Part shown: piece by piece, positions 52,285 to 64,000 of the stretch
Numbering within the stretch: position 1 is the stretch's first letter
How the letters are laid out: the number at the start of each line of letters is the position of its first letter
Assembly: GCF_036321535.1 (NCBI RefSeq)
Contig: NC_087436.1
Location: 99,264,001-99,328,000 of the forward strand
Reading direction: 5' to 3'
DNA length: 64,000 nucleotides
From: Camelus dromedarius
Lineage: Eukaryota
Notes under the pieces: model-generated
Databases searched by the model: none
Seen by the model: the letters and a program-made list of their open reading frames with translations, nothing else
Told to the model about the DNA's origin: nothing
Translations under genes and position numbers: made by a program

Positions 52285-54274
52285 ATCTTTTTTTCTTTTT
52301 AAAAGCAGTTTTGGCTTTACCGAAAAATACGTGGAAAGTACAGAGTTCCCATATATTTTTTCTTTTCCTCTCCCAGTCTCCCCTATTATTAATGTTTTGC
52401 ATTGCTGTGTTAATTCATTACAATTGATAAGACAATATTAATACATCATTATTAATGAAAGTCCATAGTTTATATTAGGGTACACTCTTTGCATTGTACA
52501 TTAGACGGGTCTTATTAAATGTATAACAACACATATTCACCATTATAGTATCATACAGAATAGTTTGCTCTCAAGACATCATTTCTCCACCTAATCATCC
52601 CTACCTCTCCCCAGTTCCCTTGTCAACCACTGATCTTATTGCCTCCATAGTTTTGCTTTTTTTACAATGTCATATAACTGGTCCTTTTTTTGAAATTTCC
52701 ACTCTGATGGTTTCTTTTAAGTGGTATATTTAGATTATTTAAAGTGGTTATGGATACAGTTTGATTAATGTCTACCATATTTGTTACTGTTTTCTATTCA
52801 TTGCCCTTGTCTTTAGTATCTTTTAATTAATTAATTAATGTCTTCCACTCTATTTCTGCTTTGGTTTTAATTGAGCATTTTATATGATTCTATTTTTTTC
52901 CTCTTCTCTTAGCATACCAAATTTTTAACTACTTCTTTTGGTGGTTGCCCTAAGTTTGTAGTATACATTTATAACTAATTCAAGTCCTATTTCAAATAAG
53001 ACTATATTACTTCATAGGTAATGCAAACACCATATTAACATGGTAATACCAATTCTTCTTTCCTAACCTTTATAACACTTACCATTCACTTCACTTATCC
53101 ATAAGCTACAATCACCTAATAATTGTTGGTATTATTATTTTTAGGAAAGTTCTATCTGTGCAGATCAATTAAGAATAAAGAAAAATAAAATATTTTATTT
53201 TACCTTCATTTACTCCTTCTCTAATTTTTTCTCTTCTTTATGCAGATTTGAGTTTCTGACATATATCATTCTTTCTGAATAATTTATTTTAATATTTCTT
53301 ACAAGACAGATCTACTTGTGACAATTTTCTTCAATTTTTGCTTCTCTTTGAAAGTTTTCATTTCCCCTTCACTTTCAAAAGTTAATTTTACTAGATACAG
53401 AATTCTAGGTTGATGAGGCTTTTTTTTTTTTTTTTCTTTTCAACACTTGAAACATTTCAGTCCCCTCTTTTCATATCTGCATGGTTTCTGAAGAGAAGCT
53501 GTATTTACCGGCTAAAATTTCCTCTTAAGTCTTATTTCCATCTCCCCTGTTGTAGTCCCTTGTTTTATACAAGAGCCCTGCCAATGTGGTGTAAGCTGTG
53601 TGCATGGGCAGGAAGAGTCCTGTAGTCCTATGATTAGGTCTCAGTATTTTACTGAGCCTGTGCTCCTTCTAAACTGTAAACTTCACAATGCTCTTCAGTT
53701 TTTGTTTTTGCTTCTGTTTTCTTCAACTTAGGTGAGACAAAAAGAAATAAATAAACAAAACAACCCTAGAGGGGCTAGAGCTGAATATTTCCCTTCTCTC
53801 AAGTCAATTAGACTCCGGTAAAAGCCAAGCTTTTTTAACCAACAATGAAATAGTTTATTTTGAAGGCAGGGCTTGTTAGAAGAATAGAATAATCTGGAGC
53901 TTTTTCAAAATATCCACTATTTTTCTCCCTTTGCCAGAAGTACAAGGAGATTTTTCTCCCATTTTCAATGTCAGAATCTAGTTCAGTTCAAGGAGGTAAA
54001 ACTCAAAAAAGTGTGTGGTCTGTGAGGACTGGGTCACTCCAGAGTTTTGAACTCGCAAACTTGTCCACACTGTATCTCCAGCATTTTGTCAGTTACTATC
54101 TAGACCTTCCTACTGTGATGCAGGTTACCACCAAGGTTTCTGCTCATGGGATTCTACCTGCCTAAGTTGTGATTTTCTGTATCTGCCTGTCTATCTTTCC
54201 AATTTTGGGGGCCAGCAGTTTGCCCTGCAACCTCAATTCCCTGATAGATCTAAGAATTTTTATTTTTAAGTTTG

Positions 54275-54339
<65 letters not shown>

Positions 54340-54395
54340 GGATGGGAGTGATGATTTCCAAGCTCCTTATATACTGGACTAGAAATCAAAAGTCT
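52285..54395 (-). mobile_element. Old L1 (L1MC/L1MD-like), heavily internally deleted
   Basis: Reverse-strand 3'UTR (AAAGTACAGAGTTCCCATAT...AAAGTCCATAGTTTATATTAGGG, ~52285-52680), inter-ORF/ORF1-end-like sequence (~52690-53500) and 5'-end-like sequence (GTTTGCCCTGCAACCTCAATTCCCTGATAGATCTAAG...GATGGGAGTGATGATTTCCAAGCTCCTTATA). Confidence 0.75.
54277..54336. repeat. (TTA)20 microsatellite
   Basis: Read directly; produces the spurious poly-Asn and poly-Leu ORFs. Confidence 0.97.
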
Positions 54396-57300
54396 GAAAC
54401 ACTTTTCCTCATAAGTTTACAAGTTTGATGTAAAACCATAGGCAACTCACTACTTTTTCTACTGTTGCTTTTGGATGGTTCATTTGCTTTAATTCCCGAA
54501 TGTCTGTTTTGAATTCTTAAGAGTATTTCATAGGTTCAGACATGTAATATGCATACATACATGTAAGTAAAAGACAGGGCAACACAGGAAAATAGTAGGG
54601 AGAGTAAGTAGGCAAAGGTTGACAATGGAGGCAAAATAGAAATTTACTCCATTCACTGGGAGAATATAGGAGAGAGGGAGTATACACTGGATAGAGACAC
54701 ACACATACACACAGACACACACAGAGACATGAGTATTTTATTAAGGAAAAACTATGATATAAATGCCAAATAGTGAAAGGAATAAACTAATATAATGATA
54801 TTTAATATCTATAAATCTAAAAATTTAAAACATCTAAATAGAAATTTTAAAAGTCTAAATGACTGCATTTACAAAAGTACTTCAGGAAAAAAAGAAAAAA
54901 TTCATTACAGAATCGAGAATAGTCTACTAAATAATACATTTGGCTGTCCGACATTTTGACACTTAAATCTTTCTCACTCCTAAGACTTACATTTAATGCT
55001 CTATAATGTGGAAGTAATAATGTATAACATCCAAGAGTCTTATAAAGAATGATTAAAATACATAAGGCATTCAGAAATTGTTAGGTAAAAAACACAGAGC
55101 CAAATGTAAATGTACATATAAATCAGCTAAAATTCCCTCAAAAGTCTTAATTAGATTAGGATTGAATAATCAAGTTCTATTATTTGCTATTTATAATTTA
55201 TACAATAAATTCTATTTCAACCCTTATGTGTTCATTATATATTTTAAAATATAGTATCCATCACTCTACTTTATAATTTTAATGCTTTTTTGAACATTTA
55301 GGGTTAAAACAAATTTTTATAGCTAAGAAAACAAGCATTAAGTAGGGAAACAATGACTTAATGATAGCATTTATAATAAAACTCAAATACTATAGGTAAA
55401 ATTAAATACCAATGTAATATCTTAGGATACACAGTAAAAGAGAAATATTATTAGACAATAAGAGGGTGGAAACTAAAGCAATCCACAAGAGCTGATTTCA
55501 AATCCTAAAAAAACCTTAGCATTTTCATCTAATTTCCCTGGTTGACATAATTACCCTGAATTTGTAAGGAAAATGGCCCTGGTTTTCATTCCAAAGAGAT
55601 ATTGGGAAAATGTCTTGGGGAACAGATTAAAGTGTAGGCATGTGTTTCTCCCCTAAATGCTCTGTTCCTTGGCAACATGAAACCATGCTCCTTTTATCAG
55701 CTTATGATGCCAATCAGTGATGTAGACTATCTGACTGAAGTTTAGCCAAAAGCTGATCTCACTAACCTATCTTGGCTTGCTAGCAACCGAAAGAGCTTTT
55801 ATCTTATGCTTATGCTGCCCACAAAGGCTGATCCTTTTTGAGGGACCTGCAGTTCAGCTGAAATCATAAAACCCACCCAAATGAAGGAGTAGTTGAAGTT
55901 GCCAAGAGTCAGGCACTGTAAGTCTTTGTCACATCACCATAAGAATACCAATTTCTAGACTCCTTTATTCACTCCTCTGTGATTGACACATCAAGACTGT
56001 CAATAGATGTATAGTTCTTGGCAAAGAGATGATGCTGAAGTTACAGGAGAAGGAAATATATTCTGCTAACACATTTTCACTGTTTTAGCATCCCTTTATT
56101 GAAGAAGAGTAAATCTAACGTTATTTTTGTTTTAAGCAAATCCAGAAAAAAAAAAAGTACTTTTACTAATAAAGGCAAAGGATCAAATACTTAGTAGCCA
56201 AAAACAGAGAGAAAAGGAGTGTCCTGTTTGACTGTGACAATAAAACTTAGCAAAATTCCTGACAAACGAAGTACTATATACATTTTGTTGAATTTATTTC
56301 ATTGGGTGATGAATAAAAATATTTTACCCAAAGGAACTGCATCAAAAGACAATTTTGTTAATGAGTTTAAAGAGATCTTACTGGTCTCTCTGCCTCTGCA
56401 AAAACTAATTTTGAATCCCAATGACATGTAACTTCTCTTCCAATTTCTTAAGTGTCACAATGATTCCTATGTAAAGACTGTCTTTACTTGCTCTGGTAAA
56501 TCGAATTGCAATGTCATAAAAATTTATCCTGTTTTAAACAGATGACTAATTATTGATAAATCCTACAATATGATCTGTAAATCCCATGGGAAAATAAAAT
56601 ATTTTGAAGAACATCAAATTTTTTGCCTATTATGTCAATTCAGGAGGAAAAATGTATTTTAAAAGTGGTTTGCATCACAATTACAATTTCTCAACAGTAA
56701 TCTCATATTCTCTTATTGCTCTCTAATTACTACTGAGAAAACAGATTATGTTCCATTGTGTTCTAAAGTAGCTTTAACTTGCTGGATTGCTTATCAATAT
56801 AACCAGCTGTTCTATGGTAGATTCAGTGATGATGGTGTTTTTAATTGCTTTATTCGTTTGGCTAAGTAAGTTCAGATGGTCAGTAATTAGTTCTGTCATG
56901 CAGAGATAGTTTTGTTAAGAACAATGCAATCAGTGTTTCATTGAAAAGACAACTGTCCTAAGATCAACACTGCTTAATTATCCCTATGAATTCATCCTCA
57001 GTTTCTTTATTTGTTATAGCTGTCATGAGTAAGGTGACAGGAATTAAACAAAACTGCAGCTTAAAAGTATGCTTCCACCAGTGCATATAATGATTCCTCA
57101 TTTTCACCTGCTTAGAAGCATTCACTTGAAGCGAATCGTAAAGACTTATTCTCTATTAAGGTTTAGGTAATGCTGTGGGGTACCACAAATTATACTAAAT
57201 TATAAAATACAGAAATTAAAATGTTTTAGTTTAACATCACACTGTAAATTTTGGACACACTCCTGTGCAAACTCCTTGAAGTTAATCCACTTTGGAAAGC

Positions 57301-58742
57301 AGAGATTCTTCCCAACTTAATAGAATAAGATTATTTTTTAAACCTAGCCAGAATACTAAAAAAAAAAAAAAAAAAAAAAAAGTGGATAATGCAACAGAAA
57401 TCAATCAAAACAAATACATTTTACAATGTTTTATGTGATGTTTTTAATTCTTCACAAATATTTTAGTAGAATACACTGTCTTGCTGCATTAAGAATATAA
57501 GAGAGTTCAAAAATACAAAATAAATATCAATATACTGTAAGCCTCAAGAAACATTTATACCTCTCTCTTTTCATTCTTCTTAATATTGTCATTCTTACAG
57601 AAACAAAAAGAATCTGTACAGACAAATTTTACTTTGTATATTTTAAACTAAAGAAGGTATTGAAATATGCCTTTCTGAGAGTGAGATATAAACCTAAGCT
57701 TCCCATCTAATGTTTTATTTCACTCAACAATTCTTTTCCCTTGTATTGTCACAGAGCAACTTGAAGGATTCTTCAACACCAATGACCCAGCTTTTATTAC
57801 ACATATTCCCATGAGATAAGAAATCTTAGCTAAGAGTTAGTCATTAATACAGAGATAATTTTTATATCAAAAATAAGTAAAGTTATATTTATTATAAAGT
57901 CAAAATCAAAGACTATTTCAATATTTAAAATGAATTATTGAGATAAAATGATAATACTGCTAACCTTCAATAAATTTTAATTAAGAACATCATTAATACA
58001 TCATTATTTTTCATAAATTGTATACACCTTTTTACTTCTAACATATTCTTAAAAATTCTATTTTATTATCTGAAATTCAAATTATTTTATTTTATTGTAA
58101 ACATTACAATATTCCTCTTTTAATGTATTTTACAAATAGAATTCAATTTTATATTAAATGTAAATAACATTGACTATAAGCTTAAATCTATCACTCCACT
58201 AAAATAGCTAAAAAAATTATTCAAGTTTACAGGTTTTTATGTTACACAGAGGTTTTCCTCAGATATTGACCATATACTAAGCTAGGAAAAAGCAGGGCAA
58301 GAATCCAGGAAATGTAGCAGAAAACAGCTGCTTCAGGTCTGTCTGTTGAATAGAAATTTTAAAGATCACACAATACTGAGATATGGTGTTCCTCTAACCA
58401 CTTCTAGTTTTCTTCTTTGCAATCAGGCTTAATGAGCCACTCTTGTAAGAAAAATCCAGTAAACTATACTGAATTGAATTCCTCCCAGATCCTACTTACT
58501 ATTTTCTTAGTTATTCAAATGGAATATTTTGGGAAGACTGCAATACAATATGCCTGTGGAGAGAGCCAAAAAGCTCTGTAACCAAATTCATACACCAGAT
58601 TGCCCTAATTTAGTTTTTAAAACTGGATTCATGGAAATAATCTCTTAATTCATGTGAGAAAGACTCTGTAAGATGTTTTATTGAAATTAGAATAAGTAGG
58701 CCATACCTACTTCCCATGATCAAATATACAGTTTAAAAATTA

Positions 58743-58745
<3 letters not shown>

Positions 58746-58790
<45 letters not shown>
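58746..58790. repeat. (TAA)15 microsatellite
   Basis: Read directly; produces the spurious poly-Ile ORF. Confidence 0.96.
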
Positions 58791-58796
<6 letters not shown>

Positions 58797-59479
58797 CCAA
58801 TGTTTCTGATACTTTGGGGAATGAGAATTTAAATTTGTTTACATATATATGCATATATATATATATCAATATCTCAAAAAAGGATTGTGTGATAAAGTTG
58901 ATGTGTTGGGTCCCACGGTGTAGCACAATTCCTTGTATTTTTGCTCAATTATTTCAACTACATATTTCTTACTTATGTGCCACAGTATCTACCCCAGACT
59001 TCAATTCCTAGTTGAAATTCAATAAATATGTATTGACTCAATAAATTAATAAATGCATAACATATTTAACAGCTATTGGTCACTTGGAACAGCTTAAGTC
59101 ACCCCATCTTTACTGTCCCAGCCCATTATCTAGCATTTTCCTTTTCTAACTCCATATCCACATAAAAAGAATGCATGAAAGAACGTGTCATATGCAAAGA
59201 TACTATCTGGACACCAAGACTTGGTAAAACAGTAATGGCGGAATGAGAACCAACTATCTTTTATTGGAGTAAATGCCTTTTGATTTGCTGTTACCCTGAG
59301 TTACCTGGGACTTTTCCTGCCATCACAGGAGTAAGATACAGAGGATTCCAATAGTGATACAGACTTGCACAGGAAAAATAAATAAATAAAGGAAACTGCT
59401 AACTCTTTTTAGGTATTGGAAATCACTTAAACCATTTCTATGCATTCTCTATCTGACTACATGAATTAGAACTTTGCAT

Positions 59480-59650
59480 TTATTTCCTGTTAGCAAAATG
59501 ACCTTGCCCAAGTCTACAAATCTCTCTATGCTTATTTTCTTTACCTGTAAACTGGTGACAGTAACACTTCTTGCAGTTGCTATAAAGATTAAATAAGATG
59601 TAAAATGTCCAAGTATAGTGTCTGTAACACTCAATAAGTATTAGTTATGC
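59480..59650 (+). mobile_element. MIR SINE
   Basis: TGACCTTGCCCAAGTC...TCTCTCTATGCTTATTTTCTTTACCTGTAAACTGG...AAAGATTAAATAAGATGTAAAATG...CACTCAATAAG. Confidence 0.75.
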
Positions 59651-59904
59651 TCATTACAATTAATCTAACTTAGTTTTCCACTTTCTTCATTTTATGACAC
59701 CAGAGGATTACAGTGGGGCTTAGAGTTTAAGTATCTGCCAGAAATAATAGTTTCATTTCACTAAATGCATTTTCTGCATGTTAATTTTTTCCATTATTTA
59801 AAAAGATGTCAGGAGACTATGAATGAGATTTGTGTTTGGGAATCCTACGAACAAACTAAATACCAGTGACTGTAACAATGCTTTGAGTTACACAAAATAC
59901 ATTA

Positions 59905-59944
59905 TTCAATCATCTACACAGAATTTCAATCATCTACACAGAAT
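59905..59944. repeat. Perfect 20-bp tandem duplication
   Basis: TTCAATCATCTACACAGAAT x2, read directly. Confidence 0.95.
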
Positions 59945-61324
59945 GAGACAAGGCCTAATTTTTCTTAATCCATACACAGGCCTTCTTACAGATCTGCAAG
60001 TTGAGTTCATGGAGTAAGTTTTTGTTCTCACATGATTAGAAGACTGAATTGCATGACTTAAGTATGGAAATATTAGAAGACTTCTAGCTTATTACTAGAA
60101 CTTTGGTGGGAGGGGTGCGCATGTGTTACTTATGAAACATATACACATATATGTTATTTTCTTTATGTTTTCCAAAAGGTGCATTTATATATTAGTAACA
60201 TTTAAATAAAAAGAAAATATTTTAATTTTGAAATAAAAATGAGCTTTCTAGGAATGCAAGCTATTATATTATTCTTAAGTAATAAAATAAAATAATGCTA
60301 CTGCCACATCTCAAGAACTGATGCAGGAAAAATGGATGTGGGGTGTGAGGAGGGCCTGTCCCAACCACTGCGTGAATTAGATAATGCAACCATGTCAGAT
60401 TGTGGAAGAAAGCAATAGAGATTTTTAGTGGACAAAGGTTTATAATGGTGAAACTATTGGGAATTTGCAATAATTTAAAAGCTTCCCTTCAGTTTTCTGC
60501 TGATCCATTGGAATGCAAAGATAAGTGTCTTTGTGATTTATAACACTGGGCATAGAAATTGAGTAACATCTCAAGATACTGGAGTTGAATAAAATCTCCA
60601 AGTTTCATTTGGTGACTTTTTTCCTCCTTGGAGAAAAAGAAAATTTATACTTTTACTTCAAATTATGAATTCCCTGATCAAAATAATAAAAATTAAGAAC
60701 TTTTAGATGGGTTTTCTATGAGGTATTTTTCACAGGTTAAGGAAGACATAGAGACAAGCCAATTCCCGTATCTCCTGAGTGGAAGAAATGCCAAAATACC
60801 AATAAATACAGTGAAAGAACAATGCCAAAGCATGGAAACAAACGATCACAATCCAAGCAATTTGGACTGTGAGACTGGGTCTTGTAATACACCCAGCAGA
60901 GAGAAAATAGCAAGGGAGGAAACATTCTATCCAGAGGCCAGGGAACACTGTTTCTATTGTCATCATTTAAAGATGCTTTGAGCATCAACAATGCACTAAA
61001 TGCTATAAAGAACAATTAGACCCACTTCATGCCCAGCTGGCACTCAATTAGGCACATCAGAGAGATCTCTTCAGAGTACTCGATGAAAATTCCATATTTA
61101 GAGTGCTTTCAGAAAAGGGTAGGCTGTTAAAGAACTTTCTAAAATGTACTTAAGTGAACCAGTAGATGAACAATCTAGCAATTCAGTATGAGCTAATTTT
61201 CATATTATATGTGTAATTATATAATGTGTTTTTATAAAACATATAATTTTAAAAATATACAATGTAATAATTTTATTCATTTTATATAGTACATATAATA
61301 TATAGGGAGAAGCAGACTTAAGAC

Positions 61325-61770
61325 AGACATTATGAAGTAATTTAAGTCAGAAAGAGAAAGACAAACACTGCCCGACATCCCTTATATGTGGAATCTAAAA
61401 TAACTCAAACTCGTGAAAACAGAGTGGGATGGTGGTTACCAGAGGCTACAGGGTGGGAGAACTGGGGAGACATTGTTTAAGGGTGCAAATTGCAGATAAA
61501 TAAGCCCTGGAGGTCTAATGCACAGCATAGTGATTATACAGTCAACAATACTGTATTATCAACTTCAAAGTTGATAAGAGACTAGATCTTAATTGTTACC
61601 AGCACAAAAAAAGAAATGATAATTATGTGATGCGAGAGAGGTGTTGGCTAATGCTATGGTGTTAATCACACTGTGATATATAAATGTATTAAATCAACAC
61701 ATTGCATATCTTAAACTTATATAATGTTATTTATCAATTATATCTCAATAAAAACAAATTTTTAAAAAAG
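61325..61770 (+). mobile_element. 5'-truncated older L1 (L1MA9-like) 3' end
   Basis: AAGTCAGAAAGAGAAAGACAAAC...CTTATATGTGGAATCTAAAA...GGTGGTTACCAGAGGC...CTAATGCACAGCATAGTG...TTATATCTCAATAAAA. Confidence 0.9.
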
Positions 61771-62704
61771 GAGAGTATGAAGCATTAAATATAGAGGGAT
61801 ACAGGACTCATCTAAAATGTATGTTATCTCCCTGAAGTCCTACCCAGAAATCTAGAAGTCTTGAAAAATAATCCCAGAATGTTTTGGAATTGAAGGTGGT
61901 AATTATATGAGGTCATTTTTCTATAATTTAAATTCATTCAGATATATCAGTCAGATACATTCATAGATATCACTGAAGCACCACAGAATGAATCAAAGTA
62001 TGCTTGAATGAATGAATATTTACTACACATGAAGCTTGTAACCAAAATTAAATTAGTATTTCTAGGATATTTATAATTTTCTTAAGAAAGTAATATATTG
62101 GTATAAGAAGGTAAGTAAGAAAAATCATTCAGGCCAGTACATTAATAGCTACATTAGTATGAAGAAGCAAAATCTAAGAGCGTCTTTATTCTTTGCCTCA
62201 AGCTGGGCTTATTTTTATAAGCCAGTAAACCTGCTTGGTCACCAGGCAGTAATAGTTTCATAAGCACTTTGGCACCAATGGAGGATATTTCGGAGTTCTC
62301 TGACTCAGAATCCTAATGTTACAGTTTACTGATACTAAGACAACTAAGCCATCATGGAATTTTCAGTGTTTCCCACCCTCTAGTAAAATATACTAGATGA
62401 CTAGTAAAAATACTTGGATGACTGAAAAATGTTCTGACAAGACTGTGTCCCTCTTCATTTCTCAACGTATTATTATTTGTTCTTTCTGCTAAGACCATTT
62501 TTTCAACTTTCACACTCTTACCATATTATTTTGACTTCAAAATATTTCTACCTCAATGTAAATAAATTTTGAAATGCAAATGAAGCAGAAATTAATCAGA
62601 TTCAGTAGTGTTTGCCGCTAATTGCCAGAATGTCTGCTATGTGAATATTTCACTAGAAAAATTTACAATGAATTAACAACTTGGTATAACTCGCTCTGGA
62701 GTAA

Positions 62705-62830
62705 TGAATATTTTATATAGTGGTGAAGTGTGGACTCTTGGATCAGGCTGTATGGCTTGGAAACCTGGCATGACAATTTAACACTCTGTGCACAGCCTTG
62801 TCTTAAATGAAATGTTTTTTGAGAGCAGGG
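62705..62830 (+). mobile_element. MIR 5' fragment
   Basis: ATAGTGGTGAAGTGTGGACTCTTGGATCAGGCTG...GGCTTGGAAACCTGGC. Confidence 0.45.
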
Positions 62831-64000
62831 ATTTGATTCATTATTACTCTTTAGCTGATACCTTTCAAACTATGAATAATTTGCTTTCCTTTGCTTTCAG
62901 TATATATTGGCCTGGGGACATCTGTTCAAGTATGATACTACCAAACTATTTTTATAATACTGAAGTTAGTTTTGCTAATAGGTTGAGAAAATATTTTCCG
63001 CATCCTGCACCAAGAAGTTTAACTTCTTTGAAAATAAAAATCTATCATCATGACTATCTGTAATATACAAATTTAAATGCTGGTATCTTGAGGAGATTCA
63101 TGATTTGATTTGCTCACATGATACTGTAATCAGTTTTTGAGAAGACTTCTCTTAATTGGTTAATTAATTTTATCCTTGCCACACAAGTTATGTGTTTTTC
63201 TTTCAATAAAATTACTTAGTTTGGAGGCTTAAACACACAGTTTTTATGTGGAGATACAGTACTTAAAGAGGGATTCTGTCTGCTAAGTCGTCATGTTCTC
63301 ATCTTACAAGTTATAATAGAAATTCAGTATCTTTGAAGCCAGCACCAAGAAGGGATCATTGGCCCGAGAATTCTACCTTAGAAGAGGTACTACTTTCACA
63401 CTGTTTATTTGCATGTTTGATTTAAATAGTCTCTTTTTTCAATTTTAGAGTTAAGAACCATAAAAAAGACAGATGCAATCAAATCATGGTTAAAAAAAGA
63501 CAACTTTCTACAAAGATTTCCATAAAAGAAATGAAATGTCCACATTTAATATGAATATTGAAGTCAGATATTTTTAATTATTAACTATATTTATATCAAA
63601 AGACTGTATATAATATTAAATCATTAAAATGAGCACTATATCAGTCAGCATAAGCTTAAAAAATAGAAATTTATAGAATAACAGATGAAAGAGATCATTG
63701 GTAAGCACTAGCAATATCCAAATCAATGATAAAATGTTAAGTTCCAAATCACCAAGACACACTTCATTCATTTCTGCTTTGGATCCCTTACTTAACAACT
63801 TGTTTCTATCTCTATTGCTTTCCAATTCCTTGTCCTCTATCCCTAATTAGACTTACTTTAAATGCCAATCATCTCATTTTTTCCAGTAATCGATCTCTGA
63901 CTAACTCAAACAATGGTTAAAAATTTCTCCATTTTATATTATAATCTCATGTACATATTAAATTATGTAACTGTTTTCATATTTCTATTACTTATATGTC

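Noticed and set aside
54162..54389. Poly-Asn and poly-Leu ORFs
   Set aside because: Translations of the (TTA)20 microsatellite.
58720..58926. Poly-Ile ORF
   Set aside because: Translation of the (TAA)15 microsatellite.
1..64000. CRISPR arrays, operons or a novel multi-gene system
   Set aside because: This is mammalian repeat-rich non-coding DNA with no repeat-spacer arrays and no intact, recognisable non-transposon genes.

Overview
AT-rich placental-mammal genomic DNA, most likely from a camelid (inferred from a tRNA-Ala-like SINE of the camelid Vic-1 type at 25143-25269). It looks intronic or intergenic: I could not recognise any host protein-coding exon, RNA gene or novel gene system. The dominant feature is a full-length but disabled LINE-1 (2986-10398, + strand) with a perfect 16-bp TSD, a GC-rich 5'UTR, and ORF1 and ORF2 broken by stops and frameshifts. 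The rest is a mosaic of older repeats (L1M, L2, MIR, MaLR/ERVL solo LTRs, MER33, Tigger1), microsatellites and unique sequence. Items worth a second look: a polyadenylated, TSD-flanked ERV-LTR-like retrocopy (20239-20434); an L1 keeping both termini but missing its middle (36152-37583); two multi-layer nested insertions; a templated-insertion repair scar; and a weakly supported chain of minus-strand splice-flanked mini-exons. Repeat subfamily names come from recalled consensus sequences, not a database search, and the boundaries of old repeats are approximate.
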